The notes beneath the pieces are model-generated. The model was not told the origin of the DNA and searched no databases. It saw nothing but the letters and a program-made list of their open reading frames with translations. From an uncultured Gammaproteobacteria bacterium (GTDB lineage Bacteria > Patescibacteriota > Microgenomatia > Daviesbacterales > UBA10151): DNA of 64,000 nucleotides. The stretch is taken from the NCBI GenBank assembly GCA_964406775.1, contig CAYOSW010000005.1, positions 1,362 to 65,361 of the forward strand, in the 5' to 3' direction. Position 1 is the stretch's first letter, and every line of letters begins with the position of its first letter. This document shows positions 29,902 through 38,863 of this stretch, piece after piece. Position numbers and translations under genes: made by a program.

Positions 29902-30771
29902 TTATTTTGCGCTGATGATCTTGAAAGTTGCGGCAATATCCTCGTCCCCCCAACCCTCATCCATTGTTTTTTTATAGATACCTTCTGTCGTTTTTAAAAT
30001 CGGCAGGGGAGTGGTGGACGCTTTTTCAGTTAAACCTAATTTTAGATCTTTGCGCATATTGGCAACCGAAAACATCACCGGATATTTTCCCTCAACAATC
30101 ATCGGCATTTTATTTTTCATATTGGGGGAGATGGAAAAGGTATTTTTAAGAGCTTCGTAAATTTGTTTTTTCGTGAGTCCTAATGATTGCCCCAGCAGAA
30201 AAGCCTCACCCAAAACTGCGATAGTTTCCCCGCCTATTAGATTATTCACAAGCTTAATGGCCTGACCCGAACCGACCGGACCCATATATGGCAACTCGAT
30301 ACCCATTGCCATAAGTACGGGTTTCACTTTTTCAAATATCTTTTTGTCTCCCCCGACAAAAATAACCAGCTCGCCCGATTTTGCCCGGTCGGTGCTTCCG
30401 GTTACCGGCGCATCGATAAAATCAACTCCTTTTTTAGCGAGACCCTTTGCTACCTCTTTTGCCATCGAAGGGCCGATCGTACTCATATCGATATGGATTA
30501 AGCCGGAATGAGCACCCTCAATAATTCCATTTTTCCCTAAAGCCACTTCTTTAACATCTTTGGGTGCGGTAATCATCGTTATTACTACGTCCGAATTTGC
30601 CGCAAGTTCGGCAGGGGAGGAGTAAACGGAAATTCCCATTTTCTTAAATTCGGCAGCTTTGGCGGGGGTGCGGTTATAAACGGATAATTCAAACCCTTTT
30701 TTATGAATGTTTAAAGCCATAGGTTTCCCCATAAGCCCTAAACCAATAAAACCTACTTTGAGTTTTGACAT
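29902..30771 (-). CDS. NAD(P)-dependent oxidoreductase, 3-hydroxyisobutyrate/tartronate-semialdehyde reductase family
   Basis: GFIGLGLMG, YNRT, DMSTI, DAPVTG, KLVNN. Confidence 0.93.
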   Translation of the reverse strand: MSKLKVGFIGLGLMGKPMALNIHKKGFELSVYNRTPAKAAEFKKMGISVYSSPAELAANSDVVITMITAPKDVKEVALGKNGIIEGAHSGLIHIDMSTIGPSMAKEVAKGLAKKGVDFIDAPVTGSTDRAKSGELVIFVGGDKKIFEKVKPVLMAMGIELPYMGPVGSGQAIKLVNNLIGGETIAVLGEAFLLGQSLGLTKKQIYEALKNTFSISPNMKNKMPMIVEGKYPVMFSVANMRKDLKLGLTEKASTTPLPILKTTEGIYKKTMDEGWGDEDIAATFKIISAK

Positions 30772-30821
30772 AGGCAAAATTTATCACAACATCTATTAAA
30801 ATGCGAGTCTAAATATTGAGC

Positions 30822-31000
30822 CTTGCATTGAACGCAGCAGCGTTAAAAACTTGAGTGAGGCTACCAGGGGAAAAGCGGACCTTGTGTGCGAAGGGGTGAA
30901 TCCCCGGTTAGCCGAGCGAAAGTTTAGCTGACCGTTCACTGCAAGCGGCTTTTGTGTCGCTTTTGCCGGCAAAAGCGACAGAGACTTTGCTTGCAAAGTC
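30822..31000. repeat. highly structured intergenic element (long imperfect hairpin + 26-bp perfect palindrome + short hairpin)
   Basis: CTTGCATTGAACG/CGTTCACTGCAAG stem; TGTCGCTTTTGCCGGCAAAAGCGACA; GACTTTGC-TT-GCAAAGTC. Confidence 0.7.
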
Positions 31001-31008
31001 GTATAAAA

Positions 31009-32370
31009 TTAACCCAACCATTGTTTCTTCAACTTTTTAAACTGTTTATCAATTATCGACTGTCTTATTTTTTTTACCAGATTGACCATAAAATATAAAT
31101 TGTGAATCGAAGCCAGACGGAAATAGAGGAGTTCTCGGGCAATGAATAAGTGACGAAGATAACTTTTTGAGAAATTTTGACAGGTATAGCAGCCGCATCC
31201 GGGATCAATAGGTTTGCTGTCATATATAAATTCGGAATTGCCGATATTTAAGACAAATTTATTCTTGAACTTTCCTCCGTTTTCCGGGGAAATATATAGC
31301 GAACCGTTGCGGGCGCGGCGGGTGGGGGCGACACAGTCAAACATATCGACTCCTTTTTCGATACATAGAAAAAAATCAACAACTTCGCCGATCCCTAAAG
31401 CGTGTCTGGGCCAGGAGTCGGGGAGGAGGGGAGTAACCCAACTCATTGTCTGCTCAATTGAACGGGTCGAAGCCCATTCAACTTCCGCAAACTCGGGATT
31501 TTTTGTAAGAGATTCCGACCAGAGAGGAGAGGTGCCGAAAGACCCGCCGATCGAAACCCCGTCAAAATCCTGTTTAGCAATCCATTTGGCTTCCTGCTCA
31601 CGGATCCTTCTGTCATCAACTCCTTGTAAAATGCCAAACAGACTTCCCTTTTTTTCACGGTTTTTTTTCACAATAGTCTTATAATATTTCTGACTGCGGA
31701 GTTCCCAACGGTGCGTGCGCTCTAAAGATTGTGCGACATAGGATTCCGAATGGAGTGGAGAAATCAGTTCGTCCAATACTAAAATGATATCCGCTCCTAG
31801 ATTGAATTGAATCTCAATACTCCGCTCCGGAGTCAGAAGGTGCTTTCCCCCATCAAGATGAGATTTGAACTCGACCCCCTCCTCCGTAATCTTGGATAAA
31901 GCTTTTACCGCTTCGGGCTTCACCTCAACGGTTACCCTTCTGTGGATCGTCTTGTTTTTAGTGTCATAAACTTTTCCGCTTTTCCTGACTTTTGGTTCCT
32001 CCTGATTCAGGATTCCTGATTTATGATTTAGCGGCTGACTCACTTTTTTTATTCCGTGTTCTATCATCGCGCCAAGCGAAAAAGCCTGGAATCCTCCCGA
32101 ATCCGTCAGGATCGGGCCGTCCCAACCCATAAATTTATGTAAACCGCCCATTTTCTTAATAAGTTCGGATGTAGGCCTTAAGTTTAAATGATAGGTATTT
32201 CCCAAAATTATCTCCGCTCCTAAAGTTTTCAAATCATCCGGAGTCAGAGACTTAACAGTGCCTTGAGTTCCGACAGGCATATAAACAGGTGTTTGCACCT
32301 TACCGTGGGGAGTAGAAAGAATTCCCGCTCTGGCCTGTCCGTCTTTTGCAATAGTTTTAAAAACCGCCAT
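31009..32370 (-). CDS. tgt: tRNA-guanine transglycosylase
   Basis: TPVYMPVGT, NTYHL, TDSGGFQ, DMFDCV, CGCYTC..H Zn site. Confidence 0.96.
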   Translation of the reverse strand: MAVFKTIAKDGQARAGILSTPHGKVQTPVYMPVGTQGTVKSLTPDDLKTLGAEIILGNTYHLNLRPTSELIKKMGGLHKFMGWDGPILTDSGGFQAFSLGAMIEHGIKKVSQPLNHKSGILNQEEPKVRKSGKVYDTKNKTIHRRVTVEVKPEAVKALSKITEEGVEFKSHLDGGKHLLTPERSIEIQFNLGADIILVLDELISPLHSESYVAQSLERTHRWELRSQKYYKTIVKKNREKKGSLFGILQGVDDRRIREQEAKWIAKQDFDGVSIGGSFGTSPLWSESLTKNPEFAEVEWASTRSIEQTMSWVTPLLPDSWPRHALGIGEVVDFFLCIEKGVDMFDCVAPTRRARNGSLYISPENGGKFKNKFVLNIGNSEFIYDSKPIDPGCGCYTCQNFSKSYLRHLFIARELLYFRLASIHNLYFMVNLVKKIRQSIIDKQFKKLKKQWLG

Positions 32371-32463
32371 AACGGCTAATTCTAAAAATTATTAAACCAA
32401 ATAGCAAATCAGATGAAATACTATAAGCTTGATTTACTCTTTCAGTACTGCTATACTTCCCCG

Positions 32464-33204
32464 ATGCTTATTGAGGCCAAACAACACAGACAGGATGCTC
32501 TTGCGGTACACGATGCGCAGACACTGCGCGGATTTATGGAGAAATATTTTACCAGAGTATTTGTTGCCGACTATCCGGGAGAGGTCATTAAATCTATCAG
32601 GGAATCCAATCCGGACAGACTCAGTAACCCGGATTATTTCAGATTCTACGCACTTGTTATTTCAGGCACAGCTGAATTCGGTTTTAAATCTGCCGAGGGT
32701 CAAAGATTCCGTCACGATAAAAGAGGTTTTACCCGCGATTATACCGATCCGAGGCATCTTCTGGCTTTAGGCTGTTATTTGGCTGATTTAAATATCCAAG
32801 CCTATGATCAAAAAATGAAAATGCTCCGCCTTCAAAGGAGCGCCGGAGGAGGACTTACCCCGGAACAGGAAGAAGCGATATGGGCGGCGACCGATTTATT
32901 TGTCCAGTCAGGTAAAGTTTCCATAAATTTTACCGAAACAAGAAGAAAGAGGAAAAATTTTGACGCCCGTACTCTCGTTTGCCTGCCCGATATAGACCGT
33001 CACAGAAGAGTCAGCCTTATCGGTTTTACCGGAAGAGATGCTGACAGGATGGACCGCGAGACTTTTACTAGGACTAAATTACCTCTTGTCGAGGCGGCTT
33101 ACGGCGACTGTTTAGATATTAGAGGAATTTTTTTGAACGGATCGGAAAAATGGATATCGTCTCCCGACAGACCTTCTCAATCATCTTACGCATTCGGAGC
33201 TTAA
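32464..33204 (+). CDS. hypothetical protein (start moved to ATG after TTGATT-17-TATACT)
   Basis: long ORF, no family recognised. Confidence 0.7.
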   Translation: MLIEAKQHRQDALAVHDAQTLRGFMEKYFTRVFVADYPGEVIKSIRESNPDRLSNPDYFRFYALVISGTAEFGFKSAEGQRFRHDKRGFTRDYTDPRHLLALGCYLADLNIQAYDQKMKMLRLQRSAGGGLTPEQEEAIWAATDLFVQSGKVSINFTETRRKRKNFDARTLVCLPDIDRHRRVSLIGFTGRDADRMDRETFTRTKLPLVEAAYGDCLDIRGIFLNGSEKWISSPDRPSQSSYAFGA

Positions 33205-34604
33205 TGCCCCGGAGACTCATCAAAATCCGCGTGCTGTTTAATCAGCTCAATCAGTTTTTCGTGTCTTCCCTGGTAATTCTCAATCTCTTCCTCAACATTC
33301 AACCTGAGCAGAGGTTCGGTATTGCTCATCCTTAAAGAGAATCTCCATTCAGGATACTGGACTGCTACCCCGTCAATTTCGGAAATCTCACCGTCTGCGT
33401 GGAGCTCTTTTAATTTTTCGATTATTTCTTTGGCATTTTTAACCCGGAAATTCATCTCACCCGACTCGCGGGAACGCTTAACATCTGATGCAAGTTCGGA
33501 AAGTTTTTTGCCCGTTTTAGTCATAGCATTTAAAACGTGAAGCAAAACAAGGAGAGGCCCTTCGGCATTTCCTGTGGCTTTAAAGAAATAATGCGCCGAT
33601 GATTCCCCAGCAAAAATCCCACCGCCTTTATTCATCATTTCGGTAATAAAAGCGTGGCCGACTTTCGTAATTACGGCTTCCCCACCCTCCTCTTCCGTAA
33701 CTCTTTTGGGAGTCATAATATATCTGATATCAAATAATATCTTTTCCCCTTTGTGTTCCCGGAGGAGTTCTCGGGCAACGATAGCCGTAATCTTAGAAGG
33801 GGATACCACCTCTCCCCTCTCGTCAATAAAAAATATTCTGTCGCCGTCTCCGTCCAACGCCAATCCCAAGTCAGCTTTCTCCTCTACTACTTTCTTTTGA
33901 ACATCTTCGTTGTTTTTAGGATCCAGGGGGTCTGCCGCGTGGTTCGGGAAAGTTCCGTCAAGTTCAAAATAGAGTTTTACCAATTCCCCCGGAATATGCT
34001 TGTATAGATGATCAATATATAAAGCCCCCATCGCATTTGCCGCATCGGCTACTACTTTATAGGAATTAATTTTCGGATGATCCATTATCTTTAAGGCATT
34101 CTGAACTTCGTTCTCCGTGACATTTTCAATTTGAGTTATCTTACCGCTACCTCTCGGCTCAACTTCAACACCTTCCGCCGCCATCTTCTTAATATCCTCC
34201 ATACCGGTCGGCTTCCCTACTTTAATAAGTCCCCCGTTTTTAGGATTAACGACAATCTTTAATCCGTTGTAATTTTTAGGATTATGGGAAGCAGTGATCT
34301 GGATTCCGGTGTCATATCCGCCTGAAAAAACCGCGTAATAAAAAGTCGGAGTCGAAACAAGTCCGGGGTCAATGACGTGAGCCCCTAAATTTACAAGAGT
34401 TTCGGTTACTGATTTAAATATTGCCGGGCTTGAAGCGCGCATATCCCGGCCGACGACGACCGTTAATTGTTCTTTATCGGGAAATTGTTTCAGGAAAAAA
34501 GAGTAAATTGCTTTTGCGGCAATGACAACATTGTCTTCATTGAGCTGATCAGGATATGTCCCCCTAATGTCGTAACTTTTAAAAATGCTTTCAGGAATAT
34601 TCAT
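33201..34604 (-). CDS. phosphomannomutase/phosphoglucomutase
   Basis: FKSYDIRG, TASHNP, DGDGDR, GESSAH, SNTEP. Confidence 0.96.
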   Translation of the reverse strand: MNIPESIFKSYDIRGTYPDQLNEDNVVIAAKAIYSFFLKQFPDKEQLTVVVGRDMRASSPAIFKSVTETLVNLGAHVIDPGLVSTPTFYYAVFSGGYDTGIQITASHNPKNYNGLKIVVNPKNGGLIKVGKPTGMEDIKKMAAEGVEVEPRGSGKITQIENVTENEVQNALKIMDHPKINSYKVVADAANAMGALYIDHLYKHIPGELVKLYFELDGTFPNHAADPLDPKNNEDVQKKVVEEKADLGLALDGDGDRIFFIDERGEVVSPSKITAIVARELLREHKGEKILFDIRYIMTPKRVTEEEGGEAVITKVGHAFITEMMNKGGGIFAGESSAHYFFKATGNAEGPLLVLLHVLNAMTKTGKKLSELASDVKRSRESGEMNFRVKNAKEIIEKLKELHADGEISEIDGVAVQYPEWRFSLRMSNTEPLLRLNVEEEIENYQGRHEKLIELIKQHADFDESPGH

Positions 34605-34774
34605 CTTTTTCTTTGAACTGCGCATTTACTCAGTGCTGATGAAACTGCGTGATGCAGCAAAAGCGCCATAGCTTTCGTGCCGGCAATGGCTATACTTCTC
34701 GTTTCTCTGCTTTCGGTCGGGCGTCCGCTAACCATAATAAATCCCTGATTTTCTCTTCTCTGTTCCGCTGCCAT
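34601..34774 (-). CDS. small hypothetical protein, 57 aa (not in ORF track)
   Basis: TAGAAT-N7-ATG; stop overlaps pgm start (ATGA). Confidence 0.5.
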   Translation of the reverse strand: MAAEQRRENQGFIMVSGRPTESRETRSIAIAGTKAMALLLHHAVSSALSKCAVQRKR

Positions 34775-34784
34775 AAAAATGATT

Positions 34785-35318
34785 CTATTCCTTCTCCGCT
34801 AATTTTTCCAGTACCTTTTGCAGTACTTTTTCAGGCTTTAACTCTGTTGTATCAATAACCAGATCAAAGTATTTGGGATCCAAAAAATCCGAAACCCCGT
34901 ACAATTTATTGAATTTATCAACCAAGTCTTTGGCTCTTTGGACTGATAAATTTTTTGCTTCTTCTTCTGTTACCGAATCCCTCTTGGCCACTCTTTTATA
35001 TGCCTCACTATCTTCTACCGTGCAAAGAACTTTTAAAGTTTCCGCGTAATCTTTAGCCAGCCATCCTGCCAAACGGGATTCAAAAACAACACCGGATTTT
35101 TCCGCCATCTCCTTTTTAAAATCGGCTTCCATTTTCCTGTCTTCCTCTTCGGGGATTCCGTAAACTTTTGACACATCCATCCCCTGACCCGCATACCACT
35201 CGCGGAAATAATTTCCGGCACTGATATATTCCCAATCCAGTTTTTCGGACAAAAGTCTGGCTAAAGTCGATTTGCCTGTGCCGATATCTCCGGAGATTGC
35301 AACGTTTTTGAATTTCAT
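34785..35318 (-). CDS. cmk: cytidylate kinase-like protein (short archaeal-type family)
   Basis: ISGDIGTGKST, SAG..FRE, ESRLAGW, FDLVIDT. Confidence 0.8.
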   Translation of the reverse strand: MKFKNVAISGDIGTGKSTLARLLSEKLDWEYISAGNYFREWYAGQGMDVSKVYGIPEEEDRKMEADFKKEMAEKSGVVFESRLAGWLAKDYAETLKVLCTVEDSEAYKRVAKRDSVTEEEAKNLSVQRAKDLVDKFNKLYGVSDFLDPKYFDLVIDTTELKPEKVLQKVLEKLAEKE

Positions 35319-35350
35319 TTTGTTTCTAATATGCCTTTCTTCAAAAAGGC

Positions 35351-35399
35351 AAGGTTCTGAGAGCGATGTGTTACTTAAACACAGCGCGAGCAGGTCCTT
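35351..35399. repeat. AAGG...CCTT-bounded hairpin insert between two cmk 5' ends
   Basis: AAGGTTCT-GAGAGCG-ATGTGTT-ACTTA-AACACA-GCGCGAGC-AGGTCCTT. Confidence 0.5.
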
Positions 35400-35416
35400 A
35401 TATTCTTGAATTTCAT
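35399..35416 (-). repeat. recoded duplicate of cmk 5' end (MKFKNI vs MKFKNV)
   Basis: ATG AAA TTC AAG AAT ATA, coupled to upstream stop (TAATG), vs ATG AAA TTC AAA AAC GTT. Confidence 0.75.
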
Positions 35417-36282
35417 TAGCCTAAACTATACCCCATATTCTCAAGCTCTGCCACAAAGTCATCACTCTTTTCGCTGTTACAGGCTTCACAAAACGGCATC
35501 ATACAGAAAGTAATTTCTTTATTCGTTAATATTTGACGGATCTTTTGACGGAAGACTTCTTCGACTTCCGATAAATTTTCCAGATCAAAATCTCGGGTAA
35601 AACTTTCATCTTTCGGATCCTGCCAAAAAACTACCCTGAATTTAGCTTTCTTATACCCTCGCTTCAGAAGATCTTCCGCGAGCAATAAGGTATAAAGTTT
35701 CGGCATCAAATCCATATCCATATTCATCTTTCCCTTGGCAATATCCTGGCGCGATTTATAATCAATGACTTCCGGAATTCCGTCTTGTCCTATCTCAAGC
35801 GTGTCCGGTCCTCCCCAAAGTTTATATTTTTCACCGTCTATCTCTATTACTTTTTGATAAAAACCGATATCCGTAATTTTCTTTTTAAATCTGCCTTCTA
35901 TTTGCCCGTAATAATTTTGGAGCACCTGTTCGGCAGCTAAAATCACTTCCTCTGTTAAAAATTCAACCGTTGCGGTGTTAAAATTCGGCCTCGGCTTACT
36001 CTTCTCTTCTTCTTTGATTTCTTCAGCGCTAAACCGCACTCCTTTCAGCAATCTTTTTAGTGGGTAATCATAAGCTGGGCGTTTGTGTATGTTTTTAATC
36101 GTCTTGTCCAGCAAAACCCCTAAGGCCATCTGAGGACTCCCCTTGCCGATTTCATATTTTTTGTCCAACTCGTGCTTGACCAGAAATTTGAATACACAAG
36201 TATCAAAATCGTGGAGATCTGAGAGTGAATAACCTCGGATTTTCGGTATGAAGTCAGAAGCCATAGGTTTGTATTGAAACAT
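35416..36282 (-). CDS. PD-(D/E)XK nuclease family protein (AddB/Cas4-like, probable Fe-S)
   Basis: S.S....FDTC..KF, GGPD, VIDYKS, C-terminal C....CEAC. Confidence 0.8.
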   Translation of the reverse strand: MFQYKPMASDFIPKIRGYSLSDLHDFDTCVFKFLVKHELDKKYEIGKGSPQMALGVLLDKTIKNIHKRPAYDYPLKRLLKGVRFSAEEIKEEEKSKPRPNFNTATVEFLTEEVILAAEQVLQNYYGQIEGRFKKKITDIGFYQKVIEIDGEKYKLWGGPDTLEIGQDGIPEVIDYKSRQDIAKGKMNMDMDLMPKLYTLLLAEDLLKRGYKKAKFRVVFWQDPKDESFTRDFDLENLSEVEEVFRQKIRQILTNKEITFCMMPFCEACNSEKSDDFVAELENMGYSLG

Positions 36283-36304
36283 ATTTTATGGTATTTTGCA
36301 TAAA

Positions 36305-36832
36305 ATGCCAAAACTACCCGGTATACTTTTACTCCTTTTGTTATTAGTTATCTCCACACCAGCCGTTTATGCCCGGATTACTCCTGAGGATATTTATAAT
36401 GAAAAAAGGCAGGCTTACGAAAGTAAAAGACAAACCTATTCGCTTGAAAACCAGAAAAAACTCGATGCTTATGAAAAAGAGATAAAAAGCTTAAACAGCT
36501 TTATTACTTCCGAACTTGAAAACAATACCTTAAGACAGGGCGAAATTCTGGACGAATACATTATCAGGAATAATATTCCCACAGTTCCCGAGACTGACGG
36601 TATAAAAAGAAATCTCGATGATCCGGTCGAGAATGCCAGGTATTGGATCACTTATGCGCACGAGGCAATCGCGTTTCAGGCTGCAAAAAATTATTTATTC
36701 GGATTGACCGGCGAAACAAGTATTAACAAGGATATTATTATTCAGATTCAGGCTCTTCAGGCTGACACAGGAGTTCTTAAAGGCAAGGTCGAGAAATCCA
36801 AACAAGCACTGATTAAACTTTTAAATAAGTAA
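36305..36832 (+). CDS. secreted hypothetical coiled-coil protein
   Basis: signal peptide ending AVYA. Confidence 0.8.
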   Translation: MPKLPGILLLLLLLVISTPAVYARITPEDIYNEKRQAYESKRQTYSLENQKKLDAYEKEIKSLNSFITSELENNTLRQGEILDEYIIRNNIPTVPETDGIKRNLDDPVENARYWITYAHEAIAFQAAKNYLFGLTGETSINKDIIIQIQALQADTGVLKGKVEKSKQALIKLLNK

Positions 36833-37125
36833 TGAACACTAAAGCCGTCATTGCAGTAATAATAGTTGCGGTCCTCATAGGAGTTCTTTACGTAATGTTT
36901 GAAAAAAGCTTTACGGCCTCAGGCGACCTGAGTCAGGCACCAACCACTTCAGAACAGGTGGCAACAAAACTTCCCGATCAGCCCGATACAACAGTGTTGC
37001 CCACACCTGAACCTACACTCCCGCCCATCGATAAAAACTCTAACCTTGCTGAGGAAGCCGCAGCTCTGCAAATGCGGGATTATTCGGGGATGTTTGAAGA
37101 TTTAAAAAGCAAAGTCAGCAAATGA
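36832..37125 (+). CDS. hypothetical membrane-anchored protein
   Basis: N-terminal TM helix, P/T-rich linker. Confidence 0.75.
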   Translation: MNTKAVIAVIIVAVLIGVLYVMFEKSFTASGDLSQAPTTSEQVATKLPDQPDTTVLPTPEPTLPPIDKNSNLAEEAAALQMRDYSGMFEDLKSKVSK

Positions 37126-37850
37126 GAATCCTCCTTTTCGGAAAAAACTCCGATTCAATCCGCCACCTTTTACCTATACACGGTCTGGAAGCAGTTGAAG
37201 ACAAGCCTGATGTGATTATTTCCTACGGCGGAGACGGTACACTACTGTCGGCTGAGAGAAAATTTCCGGGAATTCCCAAACTACCCATCAGAGATAGCAA
37301 GGTTTGCAAAAAATGTTCCCTGCATACTACTGAAACCCTGCTTGAGACTCTATCTAAAAATATTCTGCGCTTTAAATTATATCCTAAGTTAGAAGCTAAA
37401 TCAGGCTCAAGCACCGATATTTTGGCCATTAACGATATTGTCATCCGCAACAGCACGCCAATGCACGCTTTAAGATTCAGCGTTTTTTTAAACGGGGTGC
37501 AAGTTGAACCTAAAATAATAATCGGCGACGGCATTGTCGTTACAACACCTTTCGGCTCAACCGGCTACTATAAAAGCATTACGAGAGATACAATAACTTC
37601 CGGATTCGCCTTTGCTTTTAACAACACCACAAAACCGATCAAGCCTGTCAAATTTACGGCGATTCAGGATGTTAAGGTCTTAATTATCCGTGGACCCGGA
37701 TCGCTATCATCTGATAACAACCCGAAGATTTATCCTCTGAAGGAGCAGGACTGGGTAAAAATTTTTGCTTCCCCGCATAAAGCCCATATTTTTATGGATA
37801 CTCTCCGTTGTGAAGATTGCGTAGTTTTGCGCGACAAGAGACTGCGCTAG
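37122..37850 (+). CDS. ppnK: NAD(+) kinase
   Basis: GGDGTLL, AIND, GDGIVVTTPFGSTGY. Confidence 0.9.
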   Translation: MRILLFGKNSDSIRHLLPIHGLEAVEDKPDVIISYGGDGTLLSAERKFPGIPKLPIRDSKVCKKCSLHTTETLLETLSKNILRFKLYPKLEAKSGSSTDILAINDIVIRNSTPMHALRFSVFLNGVQVEPKIIIGDGIVVTTPFGSTGYYKSITRDTITSGFAFAFNNTTKPIKPVKFTAIQDVKVLIIRGPGSLSSDNNPKIYPLKEQDWVKIFASPHKAHIFMDTLRCEDCVVLRDKRLR

Positions 37851-38845
37851 CGGTGAGCCGCCACATTGGCATTATGTTCTTCTAAAGTCTTAGCGTAATA
37901 CGAATTACCCTGAAGGTCGTGATAATAATAGAGATAAGGTGTCTCTGCATCCGCATCGGCAACTGCCTGAAGCGACATCAGTGAAGGATTGGCTATCGGA
38001 CCTGGAGGGAAGCCGTTGTTGGTATATGTATTGTAGGGCGAGACCACAGCCTGATAATCCGAAACAAGTACCGGCTGCCAAAACTTCTCAAGATTTCCGT
38101 TTTTTAACTTTTGAGTATCTTTAGCGTATTGAACTGTTGCATCAGCATCCAGCTTCATCCCCATCTTGAAACGCTTTAAAAGTATCCCGGCAATCTTTGT
38201 ACGGACTTCCTTACTCCTACCTTCTCTTTCAACAATGGACGCTAAAATTACGCCCTGCTCCGGAGTTAAACCGCGCGCTTTAATTTTCTGCTGAAGCTCG
38301 GCTGTATACTTCCGGTCAAAAGTAGCACGGAGAGTTTGAATGATGGTATCGATGCTTGCATCGGGATGAAAAAAATAGGTGTCGGGAAAAAGATATCCTT
38401 CCTCGTCTTTCGCTTTTTGTAAAAATTCCTCGCCGTCTATTTTCATCACCTCACTTAAAGCCCTTGAAACCTGCTCTACTCTCCACCCTTCAATTAAAGT
38501 AACCCTTATGTCCGCAGAACCGCCTTCGAATGTTTCAATAATCTGCGAATTATTCATAGCCGGCGAAACTATAAAATCTCCCGCATTTATACCCGTAAGT
38601 CCTGCATCTTTGGCATTCATTTTAAAATACCAGGCAGACCGGATAACCCCTGCTTTTTCCAGATTGGAAGCTACATCCGAAACCGTTTCCCCCGGATCTA
38701 CAACAAAAGCAATCTCCTTTCCTTTAGGATCAACCGGACCCTGTAAGTAGCCCAAAAACCCTTTGACAGCAAAAAAACCGATAATAATCAAAACAATCAG
38801 AGACAATACTGCCCGGCCTGCGCCGGATTTTCGTTTTCTTTCCAT
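37847..38845 (-). CDS. mltG: endolytic transglycosylase MltG
   Basis: EGYLFPDTY, LASIVERE, SPYNTY, PPGPIANP. Confidence 0.95.
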   Translation of the reverse strand: MERKRKSGAGRAVLSLIVLIIIGFFAVKGFLGYLQGPVDPKGKEIAFVVDPGETVSDVASNLEKAGVIRSAWYFKMNAKDAGLTGINAGDFIVSPAMNNSQIIETFEGGSADIRVTLIEGWRVEQVSRALSEVMKIDGEEFLQKAKDEEGYLFPDTYFFHPDASIDTIIQTLRATFDRKYTAELQQKIKARGLTPEQGVILASIVEREGRSKEVRTKIAGILLKRFKMGMKLDADATVQYAKDTQKLKNGNLEKFWQPVLVSDYQAVVSPYNTYTNNGFPPGPIANPSLMSLQAVADADAETPYLYYYHDLQGNSYYAKTLEEHNANVAAHR

Positions 38846-38863
38846 ATAAATTATTATTAACTC

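Noticed and set aside
30796-30996. 66-aa ORF downstream of tgt
   Set aside because: Coincides with the palindromic element; non-ATG start; probably spurious.
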